64,000 nucleotides of DNA, taken from a virus. Taxonomy: Duplodnaviria > Caudoviricetes. Within the stretch, counting starts at the first letter, position 1, and the number at the start of each line of letters is the position of its first letter. Location: the IMG/VR virus record IMGVR_UViG_3300028797_000005, positions 1 through 64,000 of that record. One strand, 5' to 3'. Below are positions 37,213 to 46,163 of this stretch, one piece after another. The notes under the pieces were generated by a model. It searched no databases, was not told where the DNA came from, and saw only the letters and a program-made list of their open reading frames with translations. A program made the translations under genes and the position numbers.

Positions 37213-37578
37213 CTAATTTCTATTAAAAATTAATGTCCCATCCACTACTTCTTGTGGATCGTAAACATTTAACTTATTATTCCAAAAAAGTCTATCAGCT
37301 TCACTTATGTGAAGATTTGGATTATTAATATGGTTCATTATAGTATCGCGTAATTCATCATCAATAAATGGTAAATCCTGCACATAAGTTCTGCCGTCCC
37401 CAATTTTAATTCCGGGAACAGTAACGATTTGAATGTAACCACCGACTTCTTTTTGATAAGTTTGATAATCATTATAGATAATTAATTCACCTTGTAATGG
37501 AATAAAACCTCTAGCATTATTCCATGCTTGTGTATTATCTCTCTTAAACTTGATTCTTGTATTTACTGTAGCACTCAT
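37213..37578 (-). CDS. Mtd N-terminal-domain fibre protein
   Basis: RIKFKRD...W.....PLQGE...IKIGDG...DLPF; GAGG RBS before ATG 37578. Confidence 0.75.
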   Translation of the reverse strand: MSATVNTRIKFKRDNTQAWNNARGFIPLQGELIIYNDYQTYQKEVGGYIQIVTVPGIKIGDGRTYVQDLPFIDDELRDTIMNHINNPNLHISEADRLFWNNKLNVYDPQEVVDGTLIFNRN

Positions 37579-37588
37579 ATCATACCTC

Positions 37589-38149
37589 TTAAATAACTGT
37601 GGTACTTGTGCCACATTCTAAAATTAAATCATCTAAAGAAAATTCATAATCATTGAGAACAAGACCATTACCAGCTGTATAATAATCATGCTGCAAAGCT
37701 GAAATATCATTCATAAATGGTAAATCAATCAATAAAGTCTGTCCATCACCAATTTTGAACCCAGGCTGACCATTAAGTGTATCTGTCGTATAATCAGTAT
37801 ACACATAAATATCACCCTGTTTACTAACTAAACTACTTTGAGCGTTCCAGCCAGCTGTGGTATCATACTTAACATTTGAACCTGCGCCATAAAGGATTGC
37901 CCGCGTAGTGCCGTTTTTGTCAGTTACTATAAATTCTACATAATTTTCATGTTGTACGACAACTGCCGTCGGGGAAGTTGCTATAGCAACCAAACCTTCC
38001 CAGTCACAAAGGATTTCTTTTTCATTATTATAAACTTTATATTCTATTGGTTTGTGTACATCAACCGGTAAACATAAAGCATTTCTTTCTTCTTCAATTT
38101 GCATTCTAATGCAAGGCTCTAAATCAGGAACTCTTGTTTTAATTACCAC
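37589..38149 (-). CDS. Mtd N-terminal-like domain fibre protein
   Basis: DTTAGW...GDIYVY...FKIGDG...DLPF; ends LILECGTS. Confidence 0.7.
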   Translation of the reverse strand: MVIKTRVPDLEPCIRMQIEEERNALCLPVDVHKPIEYKVYNNEKEILCDWEGLVAIATSPTAVVVQHENYVEFIVTDKNGTTRAILYGAGSNVKYDTTAGWNAQSSLVSKQGDIYVYTDYTTDTLNGQPGFKIGDGQTLLIDLPFMNDISALQHDYYTAGNGLVLNDYEFSLDDLILECGTSTTVI

Positions 38150-38159
38150 GATGCACCTC

Positions 38160-38486
38160 CTACTCTATTGGAGTAAGAATATCATTAGTAATTGTTTCAC
38201 CAATCTTATAGTTAGAAATACAAGTTTTCCAAGCGGTTCCATCAGCCATAAGGCCGTGGATTTGTACTCTCAATTTTTCCCTTACATTAAAATGAGATGT
38301 TTCTTCTTGAGTCAGCGTCACCATAATAGTGCCCATGTCAGGATTAATGACTACCGAACTATCAACAAAATACTTTTGAATTAGAAAGCTCCCTTGCTGT
38401 ATGTCTATACGGCAATTTGACAAACCAGTAGTATACTTTTGTCCAACCAAACATACGAAGGTCGGAGTAGTTTCAGGCATTATCAT
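38160..38486 (-). CDS. putative baseplate/fibre attachment protein
   Basis: TTPTF...VTLTQEET..F...VQI pattern; first gene of fibre unit. Confidence 0.55.
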   Translation of the reverse strand: MIMPETTPTFVCLVGQKYTTGLSNCRIDIQQGSFLIQKYFVDSSVVINPDMGTIMVTLTQEETSHFNVREKLRVQIHGLMADGTAWKTCISNYKIGETITNDILTPIE

Positions 38487-38586
38487 AGATTGCCTCCTAT
38501 AACTATAACATCAAATCCTCTTTTTAATTTATTTCATACATAAGTAAGATTTACGATAAACATTCATATAAATAAAAAAACGGCAA

Positions 38587-38736
38587 TTACTTGCCGTTTC
38601 TTTTCTTAATTCGAACTTTCTTTTCTGGTTCGTCTTCTTCTTTCTTCGCTCCAAGAGTTTTCATCAATTGCCGGATATAATCTTCACTCCAGCGTTTTTC
38701 AATTCTCTCACTAGCGTTTCTATGACGTCTCGGCAT
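38587..38736 (-). CDS. 49-aa basic peptide (MPRRHRNASE...)
   Basis: read manually; own promoter, RBS and terminator. Confidence 0.55.
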   Translation of the reverse strand: MPRRHRNASERIEKRWSEDYIRQLMKTLGAKKEEDEPEKKVRIKKRNGK

Positions 38737-38792
38737 TTATCAATTCTCCTTTCTCAATTCTATATATAGTATACCATAATTTTCCAACAAAA

Positions 38793-38945
38793 TCAAATTT
38801 TGTTCTTAATCAGATATTTAATGATATCGTAAAGAGTCTTACAAATACCGTAGATTATCCTATCTTGCCAAATGTCTGTTCTATCACCAAGTTTAATCAT
38901 GGAGTTTTCACAAAATTCCATGTCTTTAAGAAGTTGTTCTTTCAT
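38793..38945 (-). CDS. 50-aa hypothetical protein
   Basis: read manually; GAAAGGA RBS. Confidence 0.5.
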   Translation of the reverse strand: MKEQLLKDMEFCENSMIKLGDRTDIWQDRIIYGICKTLYDIIKYLIKNKI

Positions 38946-38957
38946 TAGGAGTCCTTT

Positions 38958-39260
38958 CTAAATGTTTAGTGCCGACGGCTGTCCGTCTGGAGAATCGGTA
39001 ATAAATGTTCGAGTTAATGTTTCTACCATATATTCTCCATGGTCTTCATAAACATCAGTTACATAAGCTGAGCTATAATCTCCAAAAAGTAAGAAAACGG
39101 GAATACCTTGAGTATAAATATCATGAATTTCTTCCCAAGTATCATCTAGAGTTAATATCTCATCATTTTCAGAAACATGAATTTTACAAGCATTTAAATC
39201 AGATGAAGGCTGAGATCCACCGCCAAGTGACTTGGCTAGGAGCACATCAAAATAATTCAT
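38958..39260 (-). CDS. hypothetical virion-associated protein
   Basis: DVLLAKSLGGG N-terminus. Confidence 0.6.
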   Translation of the reverse strand: MNYFDVLLAKSLGGGSQPSSDLNACKIHVSENDEILTLDDTWEEIHDIYTQGIPVFLLFGDYSSAYVTDVYEDHGEYMVETLTRTFITDSPDGQPSALNI

Positions 39261-39269
39261 GATTACCTC

Positions 39270-39455
39270 CTATTTAGGATTGTCGCCGTCGTCACCGCCG
39301 CCGCTACCAAACAACAGCCAATCTTCTCCATCAAAATAATAGAAATCACCAGTATCTAATTCAAGGAACATAGCATTAATAGGAACGAATTTATCAGTTG
39401 GCTTGGTATCTTCAGAAGTGCCAACATATTGCTTTACTTCACCAATAGTTACCAT
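39270..39455 (-). CDS. small virion-associated protein
   Basis: G.S.DTKPT....NA.FLELDTG..YYFD...W motif. Confidence 0.65.
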   Translation of the reverse strand: MVTIGEVKQYVGTSEDTKPTDKFVPINAMFLELDTGDFYYFDGEDWLLFGSGGGDDGDNPK

Positions 39456-39461
39456 GTTACA

Positions 39462-40118
39462 TCACTCCACTAAATAAACATCAAGGTATTTAATACCCCA
39501 TTGATAACAAGCTGAAACATCACCTAAGTACATATCCATCCAGTTATCACCATGCCACGAAGCGCCACGGTCTTCTACAACATAATAGCCATAACCTTCA
39601 ATATAAACCTGAGTACCGAGCGGAAGACTATTACAAGCTACAGTATAGCCGCAGGTTGGATAATTTCCATTCGCGCATGGATTACCAGTCCACTCATAAG
39701 CTGTCATTTCAAAAGTCCCAAGATAAGTGAGATTAGATGCAGTTTCTTCAACTACTTCTTCCTCTACTGGTTCTTCTTCGACAACTTCAGGCTCTTCTTC
39801 AACTATTTCTGGTTCAGGCTCAGTTTCAACAACCGGCTCTTCGACAATTACTTCAGCAGCCTCAATTACAACTTCTTCCTCTTTAGTAGCTTCTTCTAAT
39901 TGCGCTTTAAGGTCTTCAACCTCAGCCTCTAGCTCTTCAATCTTCTTTTCATCATCAAGAGTTTGTTCCATGTAGTTATTACGCTCTACAGAAACATCAT
40001 TGAGTTCTTCTTCCAATGCTTTAATTCGCGCCATCTTTTGCTTACTAATAAGGCCAAGACAAATTACACAAAATACAAGTAATACAATAATTGTCTTTTC
40101 AAAATCTTTAATTTTCAT
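39462..40118 (-). CDS. membrane-anchored 3D-domain (lytic transglycosylase-like) protein
   Basis: N-terminal TM, coiled coil, acidic linker, TAY...LPLGT...VEDRG...MDMY. Confidence 0.85.
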   Translation of the reverse strand: MKIKDFEKTIIVLLVFCVICLGLISKQKMARIKALEEELNDVSVERNNYMEQTLDDEKKIEELEAEVEDLKAQLEEATKEEEVVIEAAEVIVEEPVVETEPEPEIVEEEPEVVEEEPVEEEVVEETASNLTYLGTFEMTAYEWTGNPCANGNYPTCGYTVACNSLPLGTQVYIEGYGYYVVEDRGASWHGDNWMDMYLGDVSACYQWGIKYLDVYLVE

Positions 40119-40120
40119 AA

Positions 40121-41545
40121 TTATCCTTTCTTCGTTAATACCCAGTCCGCAGTTTCATTACTTACGGTGCCTTCGCCGCCTACGACGTAAGCTTTCTTTG
40201 GGCTTAAAGTAGTAACATATCCTTGAGCTTCTCCCCAAGCGCCTGGATCGGCAAGGAGAAGTGGATGTCTTCCTAAGTTGCAAGAGCAAAGACCATCTGG
40301 GAAGCTCTTACCAGTAGCAATTACAATAGTATCAGCTTTAGCAAAGAACCTCTTAGCGATAGCAGCTGAAGTACTGTAACGATTATTACCATAGCAACGA
40401 GTGGTCTTACCATATTTCTTTAACTCTTCCTCAACCTTATCAGTAACTGCCGCGCTTCCACCGATAATGTAGAAAGTTCTATCCATCTTACCATAGTAAA
40501 TTTCCATTTCACTTAAGAATCTTGCCTGGTCTGGTAAAAGGCTTTTGCCTACGAGAAGAATTGGAATCTGTAAAGTAGATGCGCAGAGAGCATCTGGAAA
40601 ACTTTGTCCAGAACAAACTGCAATAGCTTGTCCAATCTCTACGTCCTTAAAAATCTCAAGGTTTGTATAGTAACGATTCTTGCCAGCATAGCGTTTTACC
40701 TTATAAGCAGAAAGTTTTTCTTCCATCGCTTTTGGAATTACGCCTTCACCGCCGCAGATAAATACTTGAGCATCTTCTTCAAGTCTACCTTTTAAATAAG
40801 TAGCTACTGAGTTCATAACTGATTCAGTATTATTGGTAAGAAGAAGTGGCCCGCCAACTCTTGACACGAGATAGCCAGCTGAAAGAGCATCGGCATAATT
40901 TTCACCACTTGCAATAACTGCCGCGGAGAACTTGCCTGGATATGTAATATTAGCTAAAGCCTTAGCTGTTTCATATCTATTATTACCCCAGACTCTTTCA
41001 AACCCCATAACTGGTTTTGGCTCCGGGTTAGGCGGATTAAGTCTAAGATTTACTTGGTTAGCTATATAGTCAAACTTACTTCCTAGATATGGGCCTGGGC
41101 AAAGAGTTGCCGCGAACCAGCAATGCTTTGTTAAATTGCCGGAAGTATCACCAGTATAATTGAGTTTTGCAATACCATTGCGCTGACAAATATCAACTAC
41201 AAGATCAATGCACTTTGCAATTACCTTATCGGCGACATGCCAATTTCCGCCAATCTCATCATTGGCAAGTTCAATAGTAACCGCTCTACGGTCATTATCG
41301 CCATTTGATGACGCCCAAGAGCGATCTTTTTCTTCAACATACATTCCAACTTGGAGGTCATTGTCAATAGCATAATTGGCTGATGCCTCTCTATAACCAT
41401 CAGAGAAAACTCTGCCAACTGTTTCTACTGATAGATCACCAGCCATATGATGGATAGTAATAGTATCAATTTTATGGCCAAGCCGGCTTGATTGATTAGG
41501 GCTGATTCTTGTATAAGTAACCAAAGAACTATTGCTCATAGCCAT
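40121..41545 (-). CDS. endolysin: N-acetylmuramoyl-L-alanine amidase (Amidase_2) + three CW_binding_2 repeats
   Basis: ITIHHMAG, ASANY, SWAS, TIE, H....T.CPG; three R..G.NRY.T...G..(F/Y).D.L; GGAGG before ATG 41545. Confidence 0.9.
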   Translation of the reverse strand: MAMSNSSLVTYTRISPNQSSRLGHKIDTITIHHMAGDLSVETVGRVFSDGYREASANYAIDNDLQVGMYVEEKDRSWASSNGDNDRRAVTIELANDEIGGNWHVADKVIAKCIDLVVDICQRNGIAKLNYTGDTSGNLTKHCWFAATLCPGPYLGSKFDYIANQVNLRLNPPNPEPKPVMGFERVWGNNRYETAKALANITYPGKFSAAVIASGENYADALSAGYLVSRVGGPLLLTNNTESVMNSVATYLKGRLEEDAQVFICGGEGVIPKAMEEKLSAYKVKRYAGKNRYYTNLEIFKDVEIGQAIAVCSGQSFPDALCASTLQIPILLVGKSLLPDQARFLSEMEIYYGKMDRTFYIIGGSAAVTDKVEEELKKYGKTTRCYGNNRYSTSAAIAKRFFAKADTIVIATGKSFPDGLCSCNLGRHPLLLADPGAWGEAQGYVTTLSPKKAYVVGGEGTVSNETADWVLTKKG

Positions 41546-41663
41546 CGTCCTCCCCTTTACCGTTTGAAAGTTCTTCAACAGTTGATTGAACCGCACATTC
41601 ACTTTCTGGGATTTCTACATCTCCTATTTGGGAGATTTTTTGTTGTTTAAATTCAGTTAACAT
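41529..41663 (-). CDS. 44-aa acidic peptide overlapping the amidase start
   Basis: read manually; ends EELSNGKGEDDGYEQ. Confidence 0.5.
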   Translation of the reverse strand: MLTEFKQQKISQIGDVEIPESECAVQSTVEELSNGKGEDDGYEQ

Positions 41664-41665
41664 TG

Positions 41666-42442
41666 TTATGCTCCTAATTTACTTAAGGTAGTTATACGGT
41701 AGGCAACAATTATATCTGACATATCGGTTCCAGAATTTTGAACTAAATTTATATAACGTGTCCTTGCCGCCATATCTGGATTCTTGTAAGTAAAACACAA
41801 GTGACAATAAGTATATCCACCTGTTACTGCAGATCTAATGTCTTGAAATCTATGAGATTCTCTAGTTCCACCAGCAGTAGCTGATACATTAACTCCTCTA
41901 TATCCATTCGCATTGGTTGGAAAACGAACTGCAATTTCAATTAAACAAACTGTTTTAGCCGGAATGCTCATTTCTTTTTTAGACTGCCAGGAGGTCCCAG
42001 TAGTTAAAGTAATAGTTTCATCTCTAACTTCACTTGGACATTTTACTCCACCAATTGTATCTCCGTCTGGATCAAGTATTGTACCCTCATTAGTAAATTG
42101 CCATCGGTAAAGAGAAGAATCATCTACATCTGTCCAATTTTGACATCCTGTCGCAACATAAACATTTGTATCTGCTGTTATATGTGTTGCTTCATTAGTT
42201 GCACTTAAATTTTTTAATGTATTATATTTTGCAGCAGATTCTCCTCCACCAATAACAACTGGTCCAAGCCCTGTAATTATAACTTTTCCAGCATAGCTAG
42301 TACTACTTGGAATTAGATTAATTTGCGGGGGCTCTTTTGCCAATGGATAAGCTGGCTCAGTTCCCATATCATCAGAACGACTATTATTAATAACTGCGTG
42401 TTTTCTAATATATGCTAATATCTGATCTAAACTAACAGCCAT
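41666..42442 (-). CDS. hypothetical virion/fibre-like protein
   Basis: ORF track; beta-rich C-terminus. Confidence 0.6.
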   Translation of the reverse strand: MAVSLDQILAYIRKHAVINNSRSDDMGTEPAYPLAKEPPQINLIPSSTSYAGKVIITGLGPVVIGGGESAAKYNTLKNLSATNEATHITADTNVYVATGCQNWTDVDDSSLYRWQFTNEGTILDPDGDTIGGVKCPSEVRDETITLTTGTSWQSKKEMSIPAKTVCLIEIAVRFPTNANGYRGVNVSATAGGTRESHRFQDIRSAVTGGYTYCHLCFTYKNPDMAARTRYINLVQNSGTDMSDIIVAYRITTLSKLGA

Positions 42443-42443
42443 A

Positions 42444-43385
42444 TCACAACACCTTATTTAAGAACTTCTGCATAGCTAATGCCGATTCTTCACCGAATAT
42501 TCCGTCAATAACAATATTATATCCCTGTTTCTCTCTCAGCCATCTTTGCCATGCTCTAACAGTATTTTCATCAACATAACCATTCGTGGGAGCTGCAATG
42601 CCTTTCTTAATCAGATAATTTTGAAATACTTTAATCATCTGACTGCCGCCACCGTCAGTATCATATGAAAGAATGGCAGGTGCATATCTCTTAATTGAAC
42701 TTAACTGGTCACTAATAATACCATCTTGAGTAGTTCCAAGCCATTTCTGCATGGCCGCAATACTTAATTTACCAAATTCGCCATCTTCATCTAACTTAGC
42801 TTTATCTTCATAATTGATAGGATTATAAATAAAACCTTGGAAAGTGTACTGGCCGAAATGATAAGGCGGCTTATGAGTGCTTAACCAGAATCTAGTACTG
42901 TAATAAGCTGAGTTAGAACAAGTGATGCTACCATCGGCATTAATCTTTTCAACAATAGCTACATGGCCCATGCCGTCACTATCATCGTAAGCATTTCCTC
43001 TTCTCCAACAAATGACAGCTCCAAGTTTAGGAGTCTTACCACGCTTATAGCCGTCATTAGTATTATACCATCTTTCAGCATCGGCGCGGCTTAGATTATG
43101 CTTTGCTCCAAGTAATTCTCTCCAGCGGCCCCAGGCATAGCCTACACAGTTAGGAAGGCAACTTTTCCCTTCAATTTTAATGCAATAATTGTAGCCGCCA
43201 GCTGTATAATGGATCCAGTTTTTATCAGTCGTACTAGGTGCCTTTAATCTAGGGACCCAGATCGCTCCAATGCCTTCAGGAAGTTCTTCTCCGTCTTGTA
43301 CTTCAATGCCAGCATCAAGACAAGCCTGATAGAAATCATCTTCTATCATTTCTTCCAAAATTTGGCTATTATTATCTTTTTCCAT
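42444..43385 (-). CDS. CHAP-domain peptidoglycan hydrolase with PG-binding repeats
   Basis: NCVGYAWGR, PKLGAVICW, GHVAIVE; DG.FG..S..AMQK.L; RBS AAGGAGG before ATG 43385. Confidence 0.9.
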   Translation of the reverse strand: MEKDNNSQILEEMIEDDFYQACLDAGIEVQDGEELPEGIGAIWVPRLKAPSTTDKNWIHYTAGGYNYCIKIEGKSCLPNCVGYAWGRWRELLGAKHNLSRADAERWYNTNDGYKRGKTPKLGAVICWRRGNAYDDSDGMGHVAIVEKINADGSITCSNSAYYSTRFWLSTHKPPYHFGQYTFQGFIYNPINYEDKAKLDEDGEFGKLSIAAMQKWLGTTQDGIISDQLSSIKRYAPAILSYDTDGGGSQMIKVFQNYLIKKGIAAPTNGYVDENTVRAWQRWLREKQGYNIVIDGIFGEESALAMQKFLNKVL

Positions 43386-43443
43386 AACTTCCTCCTTAAT
43401 TTTTATCATTATCAAGTAACCTTTCCTTTATATTTATATAATA

Positions 43444-43476
43444 AAAAAAGGTTGGCTTTTTATCAAATAGCCAACC
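43444..43476 (-). terminator. intrinsic terminator closing the large ncRNA unit
   Basis: GGTTGGCT-loop-AGCCAACC-TTTTTTT. Confidence 0.85.
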
Positions 43477-43589
43477 CTATATGTTAAGAGGTCATAATAA
43501 AGGGGGTGACCTCATAGTGGGCAGTATGATAAGGAGGAAACTGCCCCTTATTCAACCCACTAAGGTAGGGTTGCACCAGAAAGGTTTAG

Positions 43590-44200
43590 TACGTATCATT
43601 GGGGCTTCCCCCTACAACCAATCAAAACTTGATTTAATCAATCACGGTGGAGATAAGTCTGAGCAGAAGGGAGCTACCCTCAAGCTTCTTACCCCGGTCT
43701 CTCGACCTAGTACACCGACAGGATTGGAACCTGCTACTTTCACCCGCTTTCAGAAACCTTCATGTTGTTTAAACATACAACTTTTATCTTGTATGTTGCG
43801 GCTGTTGGGCTACTCGTACCTTCCTTAGTGTCATAGCCGGATTTCACGGCTTCTCCGCAAATTCGATTCTTTGGTATTCCCTTAGGGGCCTTACTTGGTT
43901 ACCAGTCAAGCGGCATAAGGGTTATTCTCCACAGGAGCGTCTATTACTCGAACCACTTCGGAAGTATTTTAATCTTATTAAGTTGGTGCGCTGTTACTAT
44001 ACTTTGAGGTTTGACTCTCTTCAGGACTAAAGGCTTATTCACCTAATCCAGCATCTCACTTAAAGAACTATCGTTCTAAAAGGATTAGCACATAGCCACC
44101 CCGGCAGGTTGCGCCTTCTACACCGGGATAATGATACGGGAATTTTAGTTCAGCCGAAGCCTTAACAGCTGCGCCACGGGAAGGCAATTCCATGCAGCCA
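43590..44200 (-). ncRNA. ROOL-like large ornate ncRNA
   Basis: no credible ORF; segments TAATAGACGCTCCTGTGGAGAATAACC, CGAATTTG, AAGGTACGAGTAGCCCAA, CTGAAAGCGGGTGAAA..AGGTTCCAATCCT, GTAAG..GGTAGCTCC..GCTCAGACTTATC, GTGATTGA occur in the order I recall for ROOL; long-range helix CGTATCATT/AATGATACG; ends approximate. Confidence 0.75.
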
Positions 44201-44253
44201 TCGGTCGAGGTTGAAAGGAAAGGAAAGAAACATATCCTCGACCTTACTTAAAT

Positions 44254-44458
44254 ATTATATCAAAAATTTCAGAAACTTGCAAATTTTCGATTCCGAATTT
44301 TTCGGAAAAATTTTATCTGACTAATCTCTCAACCTTACATAAATATTATATCAAAAATTTCAAAATTAATCAAATTTTCATTTATATCTTTCAGTAAGGA
44401 TTTCGTTCCTCTCTCGACCTTACTTATATAGTATATCAAAAATCTCATTTCTTTTCAA
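44254..44458 (-). promoter_or_regulatory. three tandem sigmaA-type promoters
   Basis: -35/N17/-10 at 44254-44282, 44345-44373, 44430-44458, each followed by GTAAGGTYGAG. Confidence 0.85.
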
Positions 44459-44470
44459 ATTTTCGTAGCT

Positions 44471-45328
44471 TCAAATTTTCAAAAATTCTGGATTCATGGT
44501 AAGATTATAAAGAAGCATATAATCTTCCTTTGTCGGTTCAAACGGCAAGAAAGACAAAAGTTTTCTCCACATATTCATGTTATCAAAGATACTGAATAAA
44601 TCCCAAGATACCCATTGTTTCTTATGATTATTAGGCTCCGCAATAAACTCAGCTAATTTACCAACATAAGGCTTATATAATACTTCTATTTGACTTCTAA
44701 AATCTTCCCAGTCAAATTCATTGACTTTATGATTTAAGATAAGACACTCACCACTCTTTGTACTTAAGATACAATGATCAAAGTTAGGAGCATCTTCTCT
44801 TGTCAAAATAGAGCTACACAATTCACTATCTACTGAACTGCCAGCGCCAAATATAAAGTGGGAATAGTGAACATTCTTACTATAAAAAATTGCCGTACTT
44901 TTATCAACATTATAGCTATGCCATATGATAGATGAATCCATAATTTCACTACTCATATCATGGACATTTGTACTTTTTATAATATGAGAACTATCGAATA
45001 CACTTACACTATCGAAAACTCTTGTAGAATCTATAACATAACTTGAGTTCTTAACCTTGCGGCTGCCGGCGACCATCATACTACCAGTAATTTCACAGCT
45101 TTTATAAATGCCGCTTGACTTTTCATCAATCATGGCGCACCCGCGCAAAAGCTGCTTATCTTCATCTGGCAGCTCAACCTCGAACATCAAGTTGCAAGCC
45201 AGCTGAGGAGAACAGTAATCTTCAATAATGTCCTTAACTTCTTTGCCAACATAATCGCCTTCATACATGGCTTTTCTAGTCCAGTCAGTCACATATTGAC
45301 CTTGTAACATTTCATCAGTTATTACCAT
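44471..45328 (-). CDS. hypothetical protein with hexapeptide (S..V..) beta-helix-like repeats
   Basis: SRKVKN SSYVID STRVFD SVSVFD SSHIIK. Confidence 0.65.
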   Translation of the reverse strand: MVITDEMLQGQYVTDWTRKAMYEGDYVGKEVKDIIEDYCSPQLACNLMFEVELPDEDKQLLRGCAMIDEKSSGIYKSCEITGSMMVAGSRKVKNSSYVIDSTRVFDSVSVFDSSHIIKSTNVHDMSSEIMDSSIIWHSYNVDKSTAIFYSKNVHYSHFIFGAGSSVDSELCSSILTREDAPNFDHCILSTKSGECLILNHKVNEFDWEDFRSQIEVLYKPYVGKLAEFIAEPNNHKKQWVSWDLFSIFDNMNMWRKLLSFLPFEPTKEDYMLLYNLTMNPEFLKI

Positions 45329-45665
45329 AATTAGTCATCACCGCCAAGTTCAGCTTTGCATTAAGCAAATCAAGCCAAGTAGAAAGATTCTTACCCTTTC
45401 TCCAATACGCGACAGGATAATAAGAACCCTTGCCTTCAATCGTTACATCATCACCAAAGAACAGTTTAATGAAGCGCAGATAATCCACATAAGTCAGACC
45501 AAGCACCCGTGCCGGCGCGACATTATAACTTCCACCATTTTTTGTATTAAAAGGGAAAGTCTCATAATCAGCTGGCACAATAATGCAACGAGTCATATCG
45601 CCAGGAATTGCCTCCCTATATGTAAAATATACTTTCTTCGCCATTACAGAGACAACTCCTTCCAA
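45315..45665 (-). CDS. hypothetical phage protein (start probably MAKK)
   Basis: ORF track. Confidence 0.7.
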   Translation of the reverse strand: MEGVVSVMAKKVYFTYREAIPGDMTRCIIVPADYETFPFNTKNGGSYNVAPARVLGLTYVDYLRFIKLFFGDDVTIEGKGSYYPVAYWRKGKNLSTWLDLLNAKLNLAVMTNYGNN

Positions 45666-45946
45666 TACTCTTCCATCTCAACTCTTTCATCGCCAGTTAA
45701 GTCAAGCAGCCACGGGTCTTCCATCAAATTTTTACTCATAACGAAAGTCTCAAGACGCAATCTCATAGCCTCACCATCTATCTGGACAGGCTGAATATCA
45801 GCTTCCGGCACATAACCGGGAATGACATATCTCTTGACAGTCGAAGCTGAAATTCCAAGTTCCCTACCTACGGCGGCATAAGTCTTAAGTTTTAAATATC
45901 TTTCATTAATCTGTTTCTTAATTTCCGGCGTAATTCGCGTAGCCAT
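45644..45946 (-). CDS. helix-turn-helix protein
   Basis: TYAAVGRELGISASTVKRYV. Confidence 0.8.
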   Translation of the reverse strand: MATRITPEIKKQINERYLKLKTYAAVGRELGISASTVKRYVIPGYVPEADIQPVQIDGEAMRLRLETFVMSKNLMEDPWLLDLTGDERVEMEEYWKELSL

Positions 45947-46163
45947 ATCTTATCTCCTTATTAAAGAACTTACCTGCGGACTCTGCGCCCATCCAATCAC
46001 GGACAACTCTCTCAGGAATACCCGGATAAGAATATACTCCACCATGAGAGAAAGTTACGCTCAAGATATTGGTTTCTTTGTTGTAAGTAAAGTCTTTAAT
46101 ACAAGCTGAGTTGATTACCTGTGCAATAATTTCTTTGTTATTTTCAAAAATCTGTACGTTCAT
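45918..46163 (-). CDS. KTSC-domain protein
   Basis: SACI....YN.....LSVTF..GGVYSY.GIP......MGAESAGKFFNKEIR. Confidence 0.85.
   Translation of the reverse strand: MNVQIFENNKEIIAQVINSACIKDFTYNKETNILSVTFSHGGVYSYPGIPERVVRDWMGAESAGKFFNKEIRYGYANYAGN

Noticed and set aside
22717-38486. Diversity-generating retroelement, suggested by Mtd-like domains
   Set aside because: No reverse transcriptase in the window and no template/variable pair differing at adenines was noticed; repeats look like ordinary in-frame duplications.
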